Positions 1 to 13,075 of a stretch of 64,000 nt of DNA are shown here, piece after piece. The stretch is taken from assembly GCA_964016885.1 (NCBI GenBank), contig OZ024743.1:233368001-233432000 (forward strand). The letters are read 5' to 3'. Position 1 is the first letter of the stretch, and each line of letters starts with the position of its first letter. Origin of the DNA: Eledone cirrhosa (taxonomy: Eukaryota). The notes below the pieces were generated by a model, which did no database searches, was not told where the DNA came from, and worked only from the letters and a program-made list of their open reading frames with translations. The position numbers and the translations under genes are program-made.

Positions 1-2089
1 CAGTACAATGAGGATGAATCATTAGCCAGAAATAGAAGCAACTACACCCCATCAAAAGGTAGAAATAAAATCCTGGACGAATTCTGTGAACACATCACAA
101 ACTTCCCTTACCAACACTTGCACAGACAAAAACACAAGCCAAACCTCAACAAGAAAGAATGGGAAGAATTAAATAGATTAAAAACCGACAGAACCATTAC
201 AATTAAAGATGCCGATAAAGGGAGTACAGTAGTCCTAATGGAGACAGAATTCTATATCAACTTAGCGCTCTCCACTTTGGAAAACGAAACATACTACGAA
301 AAGGCTGAATACTACAATCAACAGAAAATTATGAGAAACCTAAACACTCTGATCAACCAATACAAAGAAGGATTCACTAACAAGGAATTCAGCTTCATCA
401 CAGACTTCACAAGTAAATCCAGCCTTCTCTACGGTATCCCTAAAGTACATAAAAGCGAATTAATAAGTAAGGCATGCAAGGAAGCCACAGACATAGTCAT
501 CAATGTCCCCTCACCCAATGATCTCAAATTAAGACCTATAATAGCAGGCCCCGCTTGCGAAACCCACCGCCTTAGCAACTTCATTGATACCCTTCTCAAG
601 CCTTTTCTCAAACACATCAAAAGCTATATAAGGGACGACCTAGATATGCTCAATCACCTCCCTAATATGCCCCTTTCTGAACAAACACTATTAGTGACGT
701 TCGATGTAGTCAACCTATACTCCAACATCCCCCACAACCTAGGAATAGAAGCTATCCAATTCTGGCTGGATAATTACCACAATGAACTCCCACAACGCAT
801 CAAAAAAGAATTCGTGATAGAGGGACTCAAATTTATCTTGGAGAACAATTACTTCGTTTTCAATAACAAATCCTACAGGCAGAAATCTGGGACCGCTATG
901 GGAACGAAAACAGCCCCCACTTATGCCAACCTAGTCATGGGATACCTGGAAATCACCCTCTACACTAAAGTACTAAACAAATTTGGAAACACTCTCCACT
1001 TACACATAGAAAGGAACTGGAAGCGATATCTAGATGACTGCTTCATCCTTTGGCACGAAAACATCGAGAAACTTAAAGAATTTCACACCCTTATAAATGG
1101 GCTCAACGCGAATATTAACTTTACGATGGAATACAGCCATCAACAACTCCCCTTCCTCGACATCCTCGTTAATATTCATAACAAAAAAATAGAAACGGAC
1201 ATATACTACAAGCCCACAGACTCCAAGCAATATCTTCCTTTCAACTCTTGCCACCCTAGACACGTTAAAATTAATATTCCCTACAACTTAGCCAAGAGAA
1301 TCTGTACTATAGTCTCCAATAAAAACACCTGTTACTTACGGCTACAAGAACTAAAGGACACACTCATAGGCAGGCACTACCCTGCATCACTAATTGATAA
1401 TGGAATTCAACGTGCCCTAAAACTCAGTACCCAGGACCTTAGACACCCTAAAGTAAATCAACCGAAACTAAAAGCTCTTCCATACATCTCCACACACAAC
1501 CCCCTCAACAATGAGGCTTTTGACACCATCCTCCAGAACATCACTGTGTTAAAAAAGGACCATAGAATGAACCAAATCCTACGAACACACGATATCATAA
1601 AGAGCAAAAGACAATCTAAGTCAATGAAAAACATCTTAACACATGCTAAAGTACTGCCAACCACAACAACGAAACCCTCAGTAAAAAAAATGCGATAGAC
1701 CCAACTGTGGCATACGCATCAACCTAATAGAGGGTTCGGAATTCTATTTCAAAGAAGGACAACGTTTTATAGTAAAACACAATTTCACATGCGCATCAGA
1801 AAATCTAATATATGTATTAACTTGCTCAGGTTGTTGAGAACAATACATAGGCCAGACCAAATATAGCCTCCGCCAACGCATGACTGTCCATAGATCCCAA
1901 ATTAAAATACGGGAATACAGGAAAATACCACTGAGTGAACACATTGATACCTGTGCCGCCCAAAATCATCCCAACTTCAGAATCTTTCCCCTCTACAAAT
2001 TTAAAGATAATGCCACCCACACCCAGCGCATCAGCAAGGAATCTCACTTTATTAACAAATACGGACCCCGTCTAAATACTTCTCCCTAA
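1..2089 (+). pseudogene. PLE RT + GIY-YIG endonuclease ORF, disrupted
   Basis: Frame open from base 1 to 1698; frameshift in the A-run at ~1683-1690; continues as CDRPNCG...NLIYVLTCSGC*EQYIGQTKYSLRQRMTVH...KESHFINKY..LN to stop at 2089, with one in-frame TGA. Confidence 0.88.
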
Positions 2090-2712
2090 GACGAACCCAC
2101 AACATACTCACGTCAACATACATACCTACATTAGCATACATCCTACATACATCTCTATCCACATATAAACACAATGACATACGTAAACACACATGTTCTA
2201 TGGTGCAACACAAATATACACAAATTTGCATACCTTTTGATGTCTATAGATATAAACGTGCCGACACACACACATACATATACACACACATGCATTGCAC
2301 ACTGATGGGCACATACATATTTGTACACAAGTATTCCAATACGGCAGGGTTTCCCCTTGCAGTACGTACAATCTGGACACTCACACACACCTTGGTATTA
2401 TGACAATATTATATATCATTTTACACCTTTTATTATTAAGGTTTTTGATGTTCTATTGAGAGAATCGTTTTTACTGAAAATATCGAATAATGTACACCAT
2501 TTTTACCAGTATCACAAAAATACTGGTCCACACACACACACATATATATACACACACATACACTAACATACAAAGAGACATATACACATACACACACACA
2601 CACTTCTCCGTATAAGACAAGAGCTGAAAAATATCTTTTAACATGTTAAAATATCCCCCACCACATACAGACACATTCCTACTGACCGATCCCTCTACCA
2701 CGAATTACTCTG

Positions 2713-2863
<151 letters not shown>

Positions 2864-3245
2864 TCTTAATAGGCACCTGAACTGTTGACCTATCAACATG
2901 ACTGCAATTCACACACACATCCCTACTGACCATTATCACAACAATGAACCTCTTTACTACTACACACACACACACCCACACACATATTTGTCTTAAAAGA
3001 CTTATTTTTCAGTGACTTCTCAATCAGCCGAGACAAACCTACATTTGGTGCAAAATCAATTTTTAACATTCACATGACCTCTACCGACCAATCAAAATTG
3101 TTTTGACCACAAGAATTTTTGCAACACGAATTAGCGCGAAACTTATTTTAATACATCTGGAGCCACTTTTTTCACATAAAACAGGTAGAATTTCCAAAAC
3201 TAATCAGATTAGAGCAAACATCACGGGCGCTCTATCTCAAATTTA

Positions 3246-3282
3246 TTTTTGAAAAGCATTAGAAATGCGCAACCGGTAAAAA
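3246..3282 (+). ncRNA. Minimal type I hammerhead-like motif (variant core) in Neptune pLTR
   Basis: TTGAAAA-gcatt/aga/aatgc-GCAA-CCGG-TA; palindromic ACCGGT stem III; same motif at 29452-29489. Confidence 0.5.
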
Positions 3283-3430
3283 CTTAAAACCAAAACTGAA
3301 TACTAACCAATACTTATTAATAATTTTTACTTATTCCTAATTGAACTATTTTTCACTGGGAACAATTTGTCAGCATTTTCTTTTCCTTTTACCAATATAT
3401 CATAACTCGTGTGTTACACCTCTATTCTTT

Positions 3431-3432
<2 letters not shown>

Positions 3433-3486
<54 letters not shown>
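3433..3486. repeat. (TA)n microsatellite at PLE 3' end
   Basis: TA run; many others (4226-4283, 11078-11152, 11948-12020, 29609-29671, 39382-39428, 42516-42557, 42762-42808, 46471-46515). Confidence 0.98.
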
Positions 3487-3488
<2 letters not shown>

Positions 3489-3689
3489 CAAGTATTGCAC
3501 CAAGAAAAATAAAACGTCGTGCGAAGAAGTTTCTGTGTCTATTATAATTGTCTACATATACTGATTACAATATATAGTGTTCATTAATTATGCAATACTT
3601 AATTATTTATGAATTGTTGACCTTGTGCCTAAATTAGCAATCAACATTACTAAATTATGAACTGAATTTCATTATTATCATTATCTAGT

Positions 3690-3850
3690 TCCTCAGAGCT
3701 CAAATCCTGTCGAGGTTAGCTTTGCCTTTCATCTTTGCGGGGTTGATAACATAAAGTAACAGGCACGCACTGGGGCCGACGTAATCGACTCCCCCCCCCC
3801 CAAAAAAAAAAAAAATTGTTGGCCTTGTGCCTATATAAGAAATCAATATT
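3690..3850 (+). mobile_element. tRNA-derived SINE, partial
   Basis: B-box-like gagctcaaatcc followed by the shared core gaggttagctttgcctttcatc...ggggttgataa and tail ggccttgtgcc, multi-copy in this window. Confidence 0.8.
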
Positions 3851-4214
3851 TAGTGGTAAAATAAGCTTCGGGGACCCCGGTTAGAATTGCGCCCCTTTCG
3901 GGTTTATCGGTAAAATAAGCTTCAAAATCTTGTTTGTCTATTTTACCAGGACCGGCTACGTATCTATTCCAACATTAATTTATAGAGTTTAGCTCTTCTG
4001 TGTTCGGACACATTTGAACATGTCGTGTGGATCATGTGATCATTCTATTTTACGTGCTTATAACAGTTCTTTGTGCTATCCACAAAACTATTATAAGACT
4101 TGCTTCATAATGTTATCAGTTAGAATCACTGGTTGTCTAGCTTACTGTATTCATTCATGCATGGATACATACATGGACATACACACACGCACACACATAC
4201 ACACACACACACAC

Positions 4215-4286
<72 letters not shown>

Positions 4287-4373
4287 ACCACCCCACCACC
4301 ACCCACTCTCAAGAGCGTGAAACTAATAAACCTTTGTTCGTACTGCCTCTCTGTTTTGTTCCCGTTCCATTTT

Positions 4374-4405
<32 letters not shown>

Positions 4406-4412
<7 letters not shown>

Positions 4413-4885
4413 TGCCCCTTCGTTATCGAGTATGGCCATTGCACGATATACCATTATTAATAATTATCAATTAATTCTATCGTGCAATGCCTGTGCGTGA
4501 AGATATTTTTTAAAGTGAGGAAAGACTGTGCACTAAGCCAATCCCACTCTCTGAGCGACAGTAGCTATAACCCGAAAAGAAGAAAAGATCAACATCATCG
4601 GTAACTACTGAGCCGCAGGTTTAATATCGGAGTTATCCCAGTTTCCTGAGTTGCCTTCTCCTAGAAGAATTCCCTGATAAAGGCTAGCGGTCCTTCACTC
4701 TCAGTGGTTTAACCGCGCGGTACATGTGTATATACATATTTACACACTTTTGGATGTCCGTTGACTCTTTGTTCTTCCGTCCTTTGTAAAATTTTGATTT
4801 TTGTCCTGCGGGGTGTCCAAAATCACCCTCCTCACCAAGTAAACTTTGTGGGGTTGCCGGTTTAGTCGCCGACGACCCGACCATT
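4406..4885 (-). mobile_element. Short internally deleted RTE-derived element (5' UTR + 3' tail)
   Basis: Homologous to 48438-49046 (ggtcgggtcg.ggcgactaaa, ggtgaggagggtga.tttggaca, ctaggagaagg.aactc); shared 3' end ggcc.tactcga.aacga...ggcagcca next to (TA)n. Confidence 0.7.
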
Positions 4886-5139
4886 TATAGAAAATGTGCA
4901 GAAGAACACTTTTCAATTAAAAAAAAAATTGTATAAATAATATTACAGATCTACAGTTATACATTCATCTACATTACTCCCACCGCTACGATTACTCCAC
5001 TACGCCTACTATTACTTGCTCCCGCACTCTTCCCAGTACTACAGCCATAGTTATCAGTATTTTCTCCAGCACCATTACATCCGCCAGCACTGGTTCCACT
5101 GCTGCCACCAACAACAACACCTGCAACCTCCGCACCACC

Positions 5140-5425
5140 ACTAGCTTCACTATACTAGCTACTTCACCAATAACTCTACCACCACTAGCTACTTCACTAA
5201 TAACTCTACCACCACTAGCTACTTTGCCAATAACTCTACCACCACTATCTTCACTATACTAGCTACTTCACCAATAACTCTACTACCACTAGCTACTTCA
5301 CCAATAACTCTACCACCACTAGCTTCACCAGTAATACTCCTACTACCATTAAATCCAACCGCAGTAACCTCATCACTACTTCTCCACCCTGTTTACTACT
5401 GCTACTTCTCCACCCTGTTTACTAC
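5140..5425. repeat. Imperfect ~30 bp minisatellite
   Basis: Repeats of actagctacttcaccaataactctaccacc. Confidence 0.85.
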
Positions 5426-5731
5426 GCCTTATAGACCTGGAGAAGAATGGCTTCTGTCAGGTTTACATGACAAAAACACGCTCCGTATATCAGTAAAGCG
5501 TCTTTAAGATTCAATCAAGAATTAAGGGCCCATGGATTGATCTTGTAAATATCAATTCGGAGGTGATAAAATAATTACCAGTCATATTGATATGACTCGT
5601 ATTTATTTTATAACCCCAGAAACGATAAAAGGAAAAATCAAACACAATATGATTTAAATTCCGTGACCACTAACTCTACCGCAGCAATTATTACATCACG
5701 ACTTTTCTTTCATTTCTCTCCCTCTTTCACA

Positions 5732-5818
<87 letters not shown>

Positions 5819-5977
5819 CAAAATTAGATTAAGGATGTCATGCCTGAGAATATCAGAATCATGCACCATACCACCTGTGGAATAAACTCTAAGATTCCAA
5901 GTAGTAAATCCGACCATTTATATTAAATCAAATTAACATTTCTCGCCTCTAAAACCACCTATTGTTAGGAATCCTCA

Positions 5978-6153
5978 CCTGTCAAAAGACAACTATGATA
6001 AACGTATATAACACTTAATCCTCCTGTCAAAAGACAACTATGATAAACGTATATAACACTTAATCCTCCTGTCAAAAGACAACTATGATAAACGTATATA
6101 ACACTTAATCCTCCTGTCAAAAGACAACTATGATAAACGTATATAACACTTAA
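5978..6153. repeat. 45 bp tandem repeat, about 4 identical copies
   Basis: cctgtcaaaagacaactatgataaacgtatataacacttaatcct starting at 5978, 6023, 6068, 6113. Confidence 0.95.
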
Positions 6154-6242
6154 CCTGTGACCTCAGGCACTTTACAGATAAAACACACTTGGCTGCTACT
6201 AAATCAACCCATATTCACATCCTTCTAGTGGTGATTGGGATG

Positions 6243-6585
6243 TGTGGAGATCATTGGGTCCACACCTTGGCCCCTGGGTGACACTTAACGGTCAAATTCT
6301 GGGTTACTTCCTTTTTGGTGTAAACAAGTTGATGCGTGGGAAATTCCGCGAGGCAGGGGACAGAGGAAGCGACAGATATAAATAGCCTGTCTCAGCCAGT
6401 TCAGAGCAGCAGCTTTTGAGAGAATAACGATGTAAAACATTCGCTTTCTACAGACCCCCCCCCCCCATCTCTCTCTCCTGGCCTTACAGGCTCTCACCTT
6501 CTCTGGCCACAGACTACACCAGCAGAACAAAGTAACAAATTTCCTAGAAACCATTAACGGAATCGGAAACTTTTTTTTCTCCACA
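6243..6585 (+). mobile_element. Solo LTR
   Basis: TGTGGAGA...TCTCCACA inverted termini, TATAAATA box near 6377; homologous to 10401-10816; no clear TSD. Confidence 0.6.
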
Positions 6586-6647
6586 GCAATGCGAGGGGAC
6601 TTTTAGCAGCATAGTATATAAATGTTATTGGGACACGAGTAACATAA

Positions 6648-6832
6648 TAATTGTTTCTATTTTAGGCACAAGGCCAGCAATTACCCAGTACATTACTGGT
6701 ACTTTATTTTATCGACCCCGTAAGGATGAAAGGCAAAGTTAACCTCGGCGGGATTTGAACTAAGACCGTAAAGGGACGTAACTATGCTGGAAAGCATGGC
6801 CTCCGACTCTCTACCGATACTGCCAATCCACC
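6648..6832 (-). mobile_element. tRNA-derived SINE inserted in the 3' LTR
   Basis: Reverse complement of the SINE at 15275-15462; absent from the other LTR. Confidence 0.88.
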
Positions 6833-8544
6833 GCACAAATAATGTTTGTTAATTTGTATGGTGGAAGTTACACATAAAATGAGGTTACAAAAGGGAATGT
6901 GCCATTGTGCCAGGCCCAAGGAAGGCCGGCAGGCCAAAGTGCAAAATCTCACCGTTACATGTACGTGTTGCTCCTTCGAAGTTGGGGATGCGAGAGGCTG
7001 ATTCTTCAAATCAACGCGGGAATTTTTCCCTCAGGGCGCGTAGAGATACATTCTCTTCTACTGGCGCTGTTTGGCTAAGCTGAGCCAAATCACGCACAGA
7101 GAATGCATGTGAGCCCGCGGAATGTAGGTCACTACAATACTCCCTCTCTAGACGTAAGACGATGCAGATTATTGAATCAGCAGAAAAAAAATCTTGAAAG
7201 AGCACATCAGTGAAAAAAATAATTGAACAGAAAAATGCATGCAAGAAAAAAATGAGGCGCTAAGGGCCGTGTTGAGCCGCTGTGTCAAATGACTAGCTGT
7301 TTTGTAGTTTATACGTGACCACCAAGGGTCTAACAGAAAACGGATAAAGTCTGACATGAGCGAAGTTGCTGTTCTTGCATTAAATGTTAATGGTAAGTAT
7401 TGTACCAGTAGCTGTGGATGAAGCTATTATGGTAGTTTACCAGTGCTGGCAAGATGATGAGTAGGCGAGAAAATATCGGCCTCCCAGATGTATTGCCGAA
7501 AGTGCTAGGCAGCCAGGAAAAATGGCTGGTTGCTTTGAAAAGAAAAAAGCAAGTTGAATCTGTAGGTGGGTAGTAGTTGCAGTGTAAATTCCATAATTCC
7601 GGCGAATCCACAGAAGTGGTGGAAATGCTGACAGTTCCAGTTCCATTTGTTGTTTTCCCAGTGAGTCGAGCAAGGTAACAAGATGGAGGTTGTTATGGAC
7701 GATGAGTGTGCAACGAGATGCGAAGCTGTTTGAATCCAGCTGTAATTATCAGTTCTCGTGTTGCGCTGCCTGTTTGAATCCAGGTGAATTAAGCATGTGT
7801 CGGCACCTCAACCAGGTGAAAAGGGATCTCGCAGAATATTACGTCTGAAGAACATATACTAAGAACAACATGGTGTGTGTCAAAGAAATGTGTGTGCATA
7901 TGCAGGCATGTAGTACAGCAAAGAATGTGTGGGTGCAGTCATATATACAATGATAAAGAAAATGATGCAATCATATATACAATGATAACAATTTTTTCAT
8001 ATAATGCGGTTTAAAAAAAAAATGTCCAAACATTGCTTGTAAAAAAAAGAAAGAAATAATTGTTTCTTAACACACAGTTCGCTTTTTCTTTTCTTTGGGA
8101 TCGCTCTTACTAGGAAGCTAGTAGAGTTGTTGTTGTTGTTGTTAAAGCAAAGTCACTGTGAATCTTCTGTAGAATCGAAGTCGAGCGTTGAAGAGCCTAG
8201 AGTCACCAATATGCCAGTCACGTCTGACGCCATAGTGATGAGAAGACTGATGTCTTAATTTCTCGAATCCCTGTGGTAACGAGACAGAAGGTATGGTGGT
8301 TGCGTCGGTAAAGTTACAAGCTGCCACAACGCTATTCCCTGGTGTTGGTTAGTAGTTAAACATGTTATCGCTGCTGCTGATGTATTTGGTAGTGGTGATA
8401 GCCATATGTTGCTGCTGATGCCTGGTAGTAGAGAAGTACTTGGTGGTAGCCATTTTGAAATTTCCTCCTGGCGTAAATTTTTTTATACATACACTGCCAA
8501 TTTTAATTTTATTTCAAAAGGAATATTTTGAACTGAAAATATTC

Positions 8545-8562
8545 ATCACGTCGGGGTAACCA
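8545..8562 (-). promoter_or_regulatory. Primer binding site for tRNA-Trp
   Basis: Minus strand TGGTTACCCCGACGTGAT, complementary with one mismatch to the tRNA-Trp 3' end AUCACGUCGGGGUCACCA; 2 nt after the 5' LTR. Confidence 0.85.
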
Positions 8563-8941
8563 TTTTTAGCAGCATAGTGTATATATGTTATTGGGACACG
8601 AGTAACATAATAATGATGTCAACAGCAGAAATTAGAGATGAAATGTATGTTTATTTTTGTTGTAGCACAAATAATGTTTGTTAATTTGTATGGTGGAAGT
8701 TACACATAAAATGAGGTTACAGAAGGGAATGTGCCATTGTGCCAGGCCCAAGGAAGGCCGACAGGCCAAAGTGCAAAATCTCACCGTTACATGTACGTGT
8801 TGCTCCTTCGAAGTTGGGGATGCGAGAGGCTGATTCTTCAAATCAACGCGGGAATTTTTCCCTCAAAGCGCGTAGAGATACATTTTCTTCTACTGGCGCT
8901 GATTGGCTGAGCTGAGCCAAATCACGCACAGAGAATGCATG

Positions 8942-9445
8942 TGTAGCAAGAGTTGCCTCCCTTGTTGTGACGAGCACATCACCAATAGAGTAACGCTCTC
9001 TAGACAGGAAGTAGCTGGAGTTACTTCCCGTTGGGGTGGCAGAACCCTTTTTGTCACTTCCGTCTTGAGACCCTATAAAAGGGATACTCAGAGCGATCTC
9101 ACCCTCTCATTTGCCTTTCGGCTCCTGGCCTTCTAACCCGCCTGGCCCTTCGGACAGGCGTGTTCGTCTGGCAACCCTAACATGGCCTCTTGCGAGTTAA
9201 CTTCAAAACGGTAACAAATAACTTTACTTATTTCTTTCATCTACTTTCATTGACTTGTCAACTATACTATTTTACATAACTGCAAATTGTTAATAAAACC
9301 TTATATACACAACCAAGCATCTTTGTTATATTCATACAATCCAGTATTTTGTTATAAGTGGATTTTTTTATTTTTTTCGGGGTCACCACTTATAACAAAA
9401 TACCTAGTGTTTTGTTATATTCATACACACCAGTATTTTGTTATA
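8942..9445 (+). mobile_element. Solo LTR nested in the 5' LTR
   Basis: TGTAGCAA...TTGTTATA termini, TSD CATG (8938-8941, 9446-9449), TATAAAA near 9074, AATAAA near 9292. Confidence 0.85.
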
Positions 9446-9480
9446 CATGTGAGCCCGCAGAATGTAGGTCACTACAGACT

Positions 9481-9748
9481 AACTAATGTGTGCTGCAAAT
9501 TTCGAGGAAATCAACTGTATTATCTTTAAGTTACGCCTCAAAAAATCCTAAAAATGCCTTTAAAATGCAATTTTTCGCCTAATGCAGGACCTACGGCAGA
9601 AAAAGTTAAAATTTGTTTAGCCCATTGCACTTCAAGAAATATAAGTAACGCATGTGTAAAGTTTGAAAAAAATCGGTGATCGAGTACTTCTCGAGTTTTA
9701 GGGATTTACACAGACAGACAGACATCCTCTGTTTTATATATATAGATA
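9481..9748 (+). mobile_element. Non-autonomous Helitron/Helentron-like fragment
   Basis: aaagtttgaaaaaaatcgg subrepeat, (ACAG)n tract and ttttatatatatagat end; a similar-style piece lies at 15950-16420. Confidence 0.45.
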
Positions 9749-10400
9749 CATATATATATATTTTTTACAGGTTATATATGAACGTTCATTTTTACTGTAT
9801 TATATGCCTGCATGCACATACACGTTTTATACCAAACACACATCATTTCTTTTTTATACACAAATATTTTGTTATTTATAATGTATATTATTGATTCGTG
9901 TGGGGATGCTGTGAGATCACTTTTCACCTGGTTGAGATACGGCAACATATGCAAGAAACTCTCCCACACTGGGCCTCAACTCGCCTGGACTCACCCAGGC
10001 ACGCAACTCGAAATTGCACACACTCATGTCATAACGTAAATAACAATTCAGTCACGACTTCCCCGACTCACTGGGAAAGCATCATACGTATTATACATCG
10101 AGAGAAATAGTCCTCTGTATTATATCATCCGATACCGCAACCTTGCACTTCAAACCATCCATATACAACAGTTTAGAAATACATGAGTTGATCACAACTC
10201 TGTATATTTACAGCTTCTTTTAAATGTTACACATGCATACACATTTACACGATTTCTTTTTCTCTACAAATTTATCTGCACACGGAATACGGGCGCAGTG
10301 CCCACGATTTATATGTTTTGGGACACGCTCCTGAGATCAGATTTCGTTACCTCTTTTGTGATTGATCACTGATCCTGCATCGATCTGGGTAGCGAACTAA

Positions 10401-10816
10401 TGTAGCGAAATCTGTCCACACCTTGACCCCTGTGTGACACTTAACGAGCAAATTCTGGGTTACCTACTTTTTGGGTACAGAGGAAGCGACAGATGTAAAT
10501 AGCCTGTCTCTCAGACCAAACAAAGCCAGCTCGGAGCAGCAGTTTTTTTTTAGAGAATAACGTTGTAAAACATTCGCTTTCTACAGACCCCTTGGGTCTA
10601 CATACTTCTATAGACCTTTCTCTCTCTCTCTCCTGGTTTACAGACTCTCACCTTCTCTGGCCACAGACTACACCAGCATAACGAAGTAACAACAAAAACA
10701 TCGTCAACCTTTATCACCCGTAGTAACTTATTCTTTGTTCATTTATTAAGTGAAGTGAAGTAAATTTTATATCAAAACGAAACCATCTATTTTGTGTTAT
10801 TTCACCTCTAACAACA
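10401..10816 (+). mobile_element. Solo LTR (family of 6243-6585)
   Basis: TGT...ACA ends, long identity blocks with 6257-6540, imperfect flanking CTAA/TTAA. Confidence 0.6.
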
Positions 10817-10910
10817 TTAACTAACTTCTCGCTTAGCTTCATATATATATATGTATATATATAGTGAAAGAGTGAAGACATGGTCAACAGTACAAAAAGG
10901 GTTTTATTTA

Positions 10911-11019
10911 CAGTATTAACAATTGTTTCATTGATTAAGTTGTCTAAAGATTGCTAATCACTTGTGTCACTCAATTTTAAATACAATGTATGCATGCTTT
11001 ACCAAATCATCAGAAACTG
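10911..11019 (-). ncRNA. Type I hammerhead motif with extended stem II
   Basis: cagttt-CTGATGA-tttggt..(~55 nt)..atcaat-GAAA-caattg-TT-aatactg; palindromic ACAATTGT; cassette between (TA)n tracts; related to 45131-45195. Confidence 0.65.
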
Positions 11020-11075
11020 ATATATATATATACACACAAAAATACACACATACATACATAAACACATACATATAC

Positions 11076-11149
<74 letters not shown>

Positions 11150-11157
<8 letters not shown>

Positions 11158-11330
11158 ATGATGATATGATGGCTGCAAACTCTGCTAAGAATACTGCAAT
11201 TGCTTGGAGGATTACAGAGTTTGGTGCACTTTTAAGCTACGGCAAGTCACACAAATCTGTAACATATCCTGAACAAGCAAAGCCTGTGCTTTCAACCGTT
11301 TAGCGGACATTGTAACTCCCCACGACAGAT
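11150..11330 (-). mobile_element. RTE-like 3' end fragment
   Basis: 3' end gcagagtttgcagccatcatatcatcatc resembles the tails at 4406 and 49046. Confidence 0.5.
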
Positions 11331-11509
11331 GAGTGTTTTGGTGACACGATGAAATTAATTTTCTTGGAAAATATCGTGAAAAAAACCTCTAAACAATACA
11401 AAGCAATATAAGAAATAGAAATAAATGCAAATAACAGCCTTAAAGAATAGGTTGACACTCTACGATCTGAATTAGGTCACACATACACACACACGCACAC
11501 ACAGATACA

Positions 11510-11554
<45 letters not shown>

Positions 11555-11844
11555 ACACACATACAGTTACACACACACACATACACACACACAGTTACAC
11601 ACACAGTTACAGCCTCTCTCTCCCGCCGTCCTCTCTCTCTCAATGTGCAGCCTCTTTCAATTTCTTCTACTCCGCTACAAACTTCTCTCTCTCTCACAAA
11701 CATATTCTCTCTCACCCTCTGTAACTCTTCCTCTCTTTTAGTCTGTATGCCTGTTTCATTCACTCTCTCTCTCTTTCTCCCCCTCTCACGCATTAGAAAA
11801 GCTGGCAGCGAAACAATCAAGAACGCGCAGATCTCTGTGTCTCT

Positions 11845-11882
<38 letters not shown>

Positions 11883-11916
11883 ATATATATATATATATAT
11901 AATATATACATACATG

Positions 11917-12021
<105 letters not shown>

Positions 12022-12033
12022 GAATGTATGTAT

Positions 12034-12575
12034 AGTATATTTAGTAATATACCGTATGTTTAATTTAAAACATTTTGAAGACCTTGCGCTATTATTTTAA
12101 AGTAGTGACTATGTTACTTACTTCGTTTTTCGACAAAGGAAGGGAGAGAAGCTGACAGATTTTGTTTCACACTGTTGGTGTTCCTCAGAGCAACGTATTC
12201 GCTGACCTCTGCCGAAAATTATAGAGGCTGGATTCTTATAGAATTCCAGTAATAATCAATTCATGTATACATCGCTATTTAATAGCACCAATCCTGATTT
12301 TTTATTTTTGCTGGACCGGCAATCGCTCTGTATAATCAGTTCCTGATTATTACTGGAATTCTATAAGAATCCAGCCTCTATAATTTTCGGCAGAGGTCGG
12401 CGAGTACGTTGCTCTGAGGAACTGTGAGCATCTCTCCCTTCCTTTACCGAAAAAAGAAGTAAGTGACATAGTCACTACTTTAAAGTGATAGCGCAAGGTC
12501 TTCAAAATGTGTTTAATTAAACATACGGTATGTTACCAAATATACTCTACATCGCTATTTCAGAGCACCAATCCT
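12034..12575. mobile_element. Fold-back HHR cassette between (TA)n tracts
   Basis: Inverted arms 12034-12258 and 12344-12546; 28 nt direct repeat at 12268-12295 and 12548-12575. Confidence 0.85.
12151..12191 (-). ncRNA. Minimal type I hammerhead ribozyme, canonical core
   Basis: gct-CTGAGGA-acac/caaca/gtgt-GAAA-ca/aaatc/tg-TC-agc. Confidence 0.8.
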
Positions 12576-12682
12576 AATATATATAGTAATAATAATAAAT
12601 TTGAAGACTAAAATCCAAAGAGGGCTCGATGAGGATAAATATATATCAGATATATAAGAACCGTAGAGCAAATATTAAATAT

Positions 12683-12729
12683 TTTCAGAAGATCCCGTTA
12701 AGGGTGAAAGCAGCGATTCTTTGCTTAAA
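12683..12729 (+). ncRNA. Degenerate hammerhead-like motif
   Basis: ttt-CAGAAGA-tccc/gttaa/gggt-GAAA-gca..tgc-TT-aaa; U4 position is A. Confidence 0.45.
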
Positions 12730-12747
12730 CTTTAATCTGTTATTTTA

Positions 12748-13075
<328 letters not shown>

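Larger units (their letters stand above)
6602..9476 (-). mobile_element. Non-autonomous Ty3/Gypsy-type LTR retrotransposon (CsRn1-like), internally deleted
   Basis: Near-identical LTRs 6602-7136 and 8565-9476; PBS at 8545-8562; PPT agagagggagta next to the 3' LTR (~7138-7153); 4 bp TSD GACT at 6598-6601 and 9477-9480; 1.4 kb interior without pol. Confidence 0.88.

Noticed and set aside
1835-1837. TGA in the Neptune GIY-YIG domain as recoding
   Set aside because: Follows the CxxC rather than replacing a Cys; the paralog near 38250 has a sense codon there; the ORF is also frameshifted
5978-6153. CRISPR array
   Set aside because: Identical contiguous units with no spacers, eukaryotic context, no cas genes
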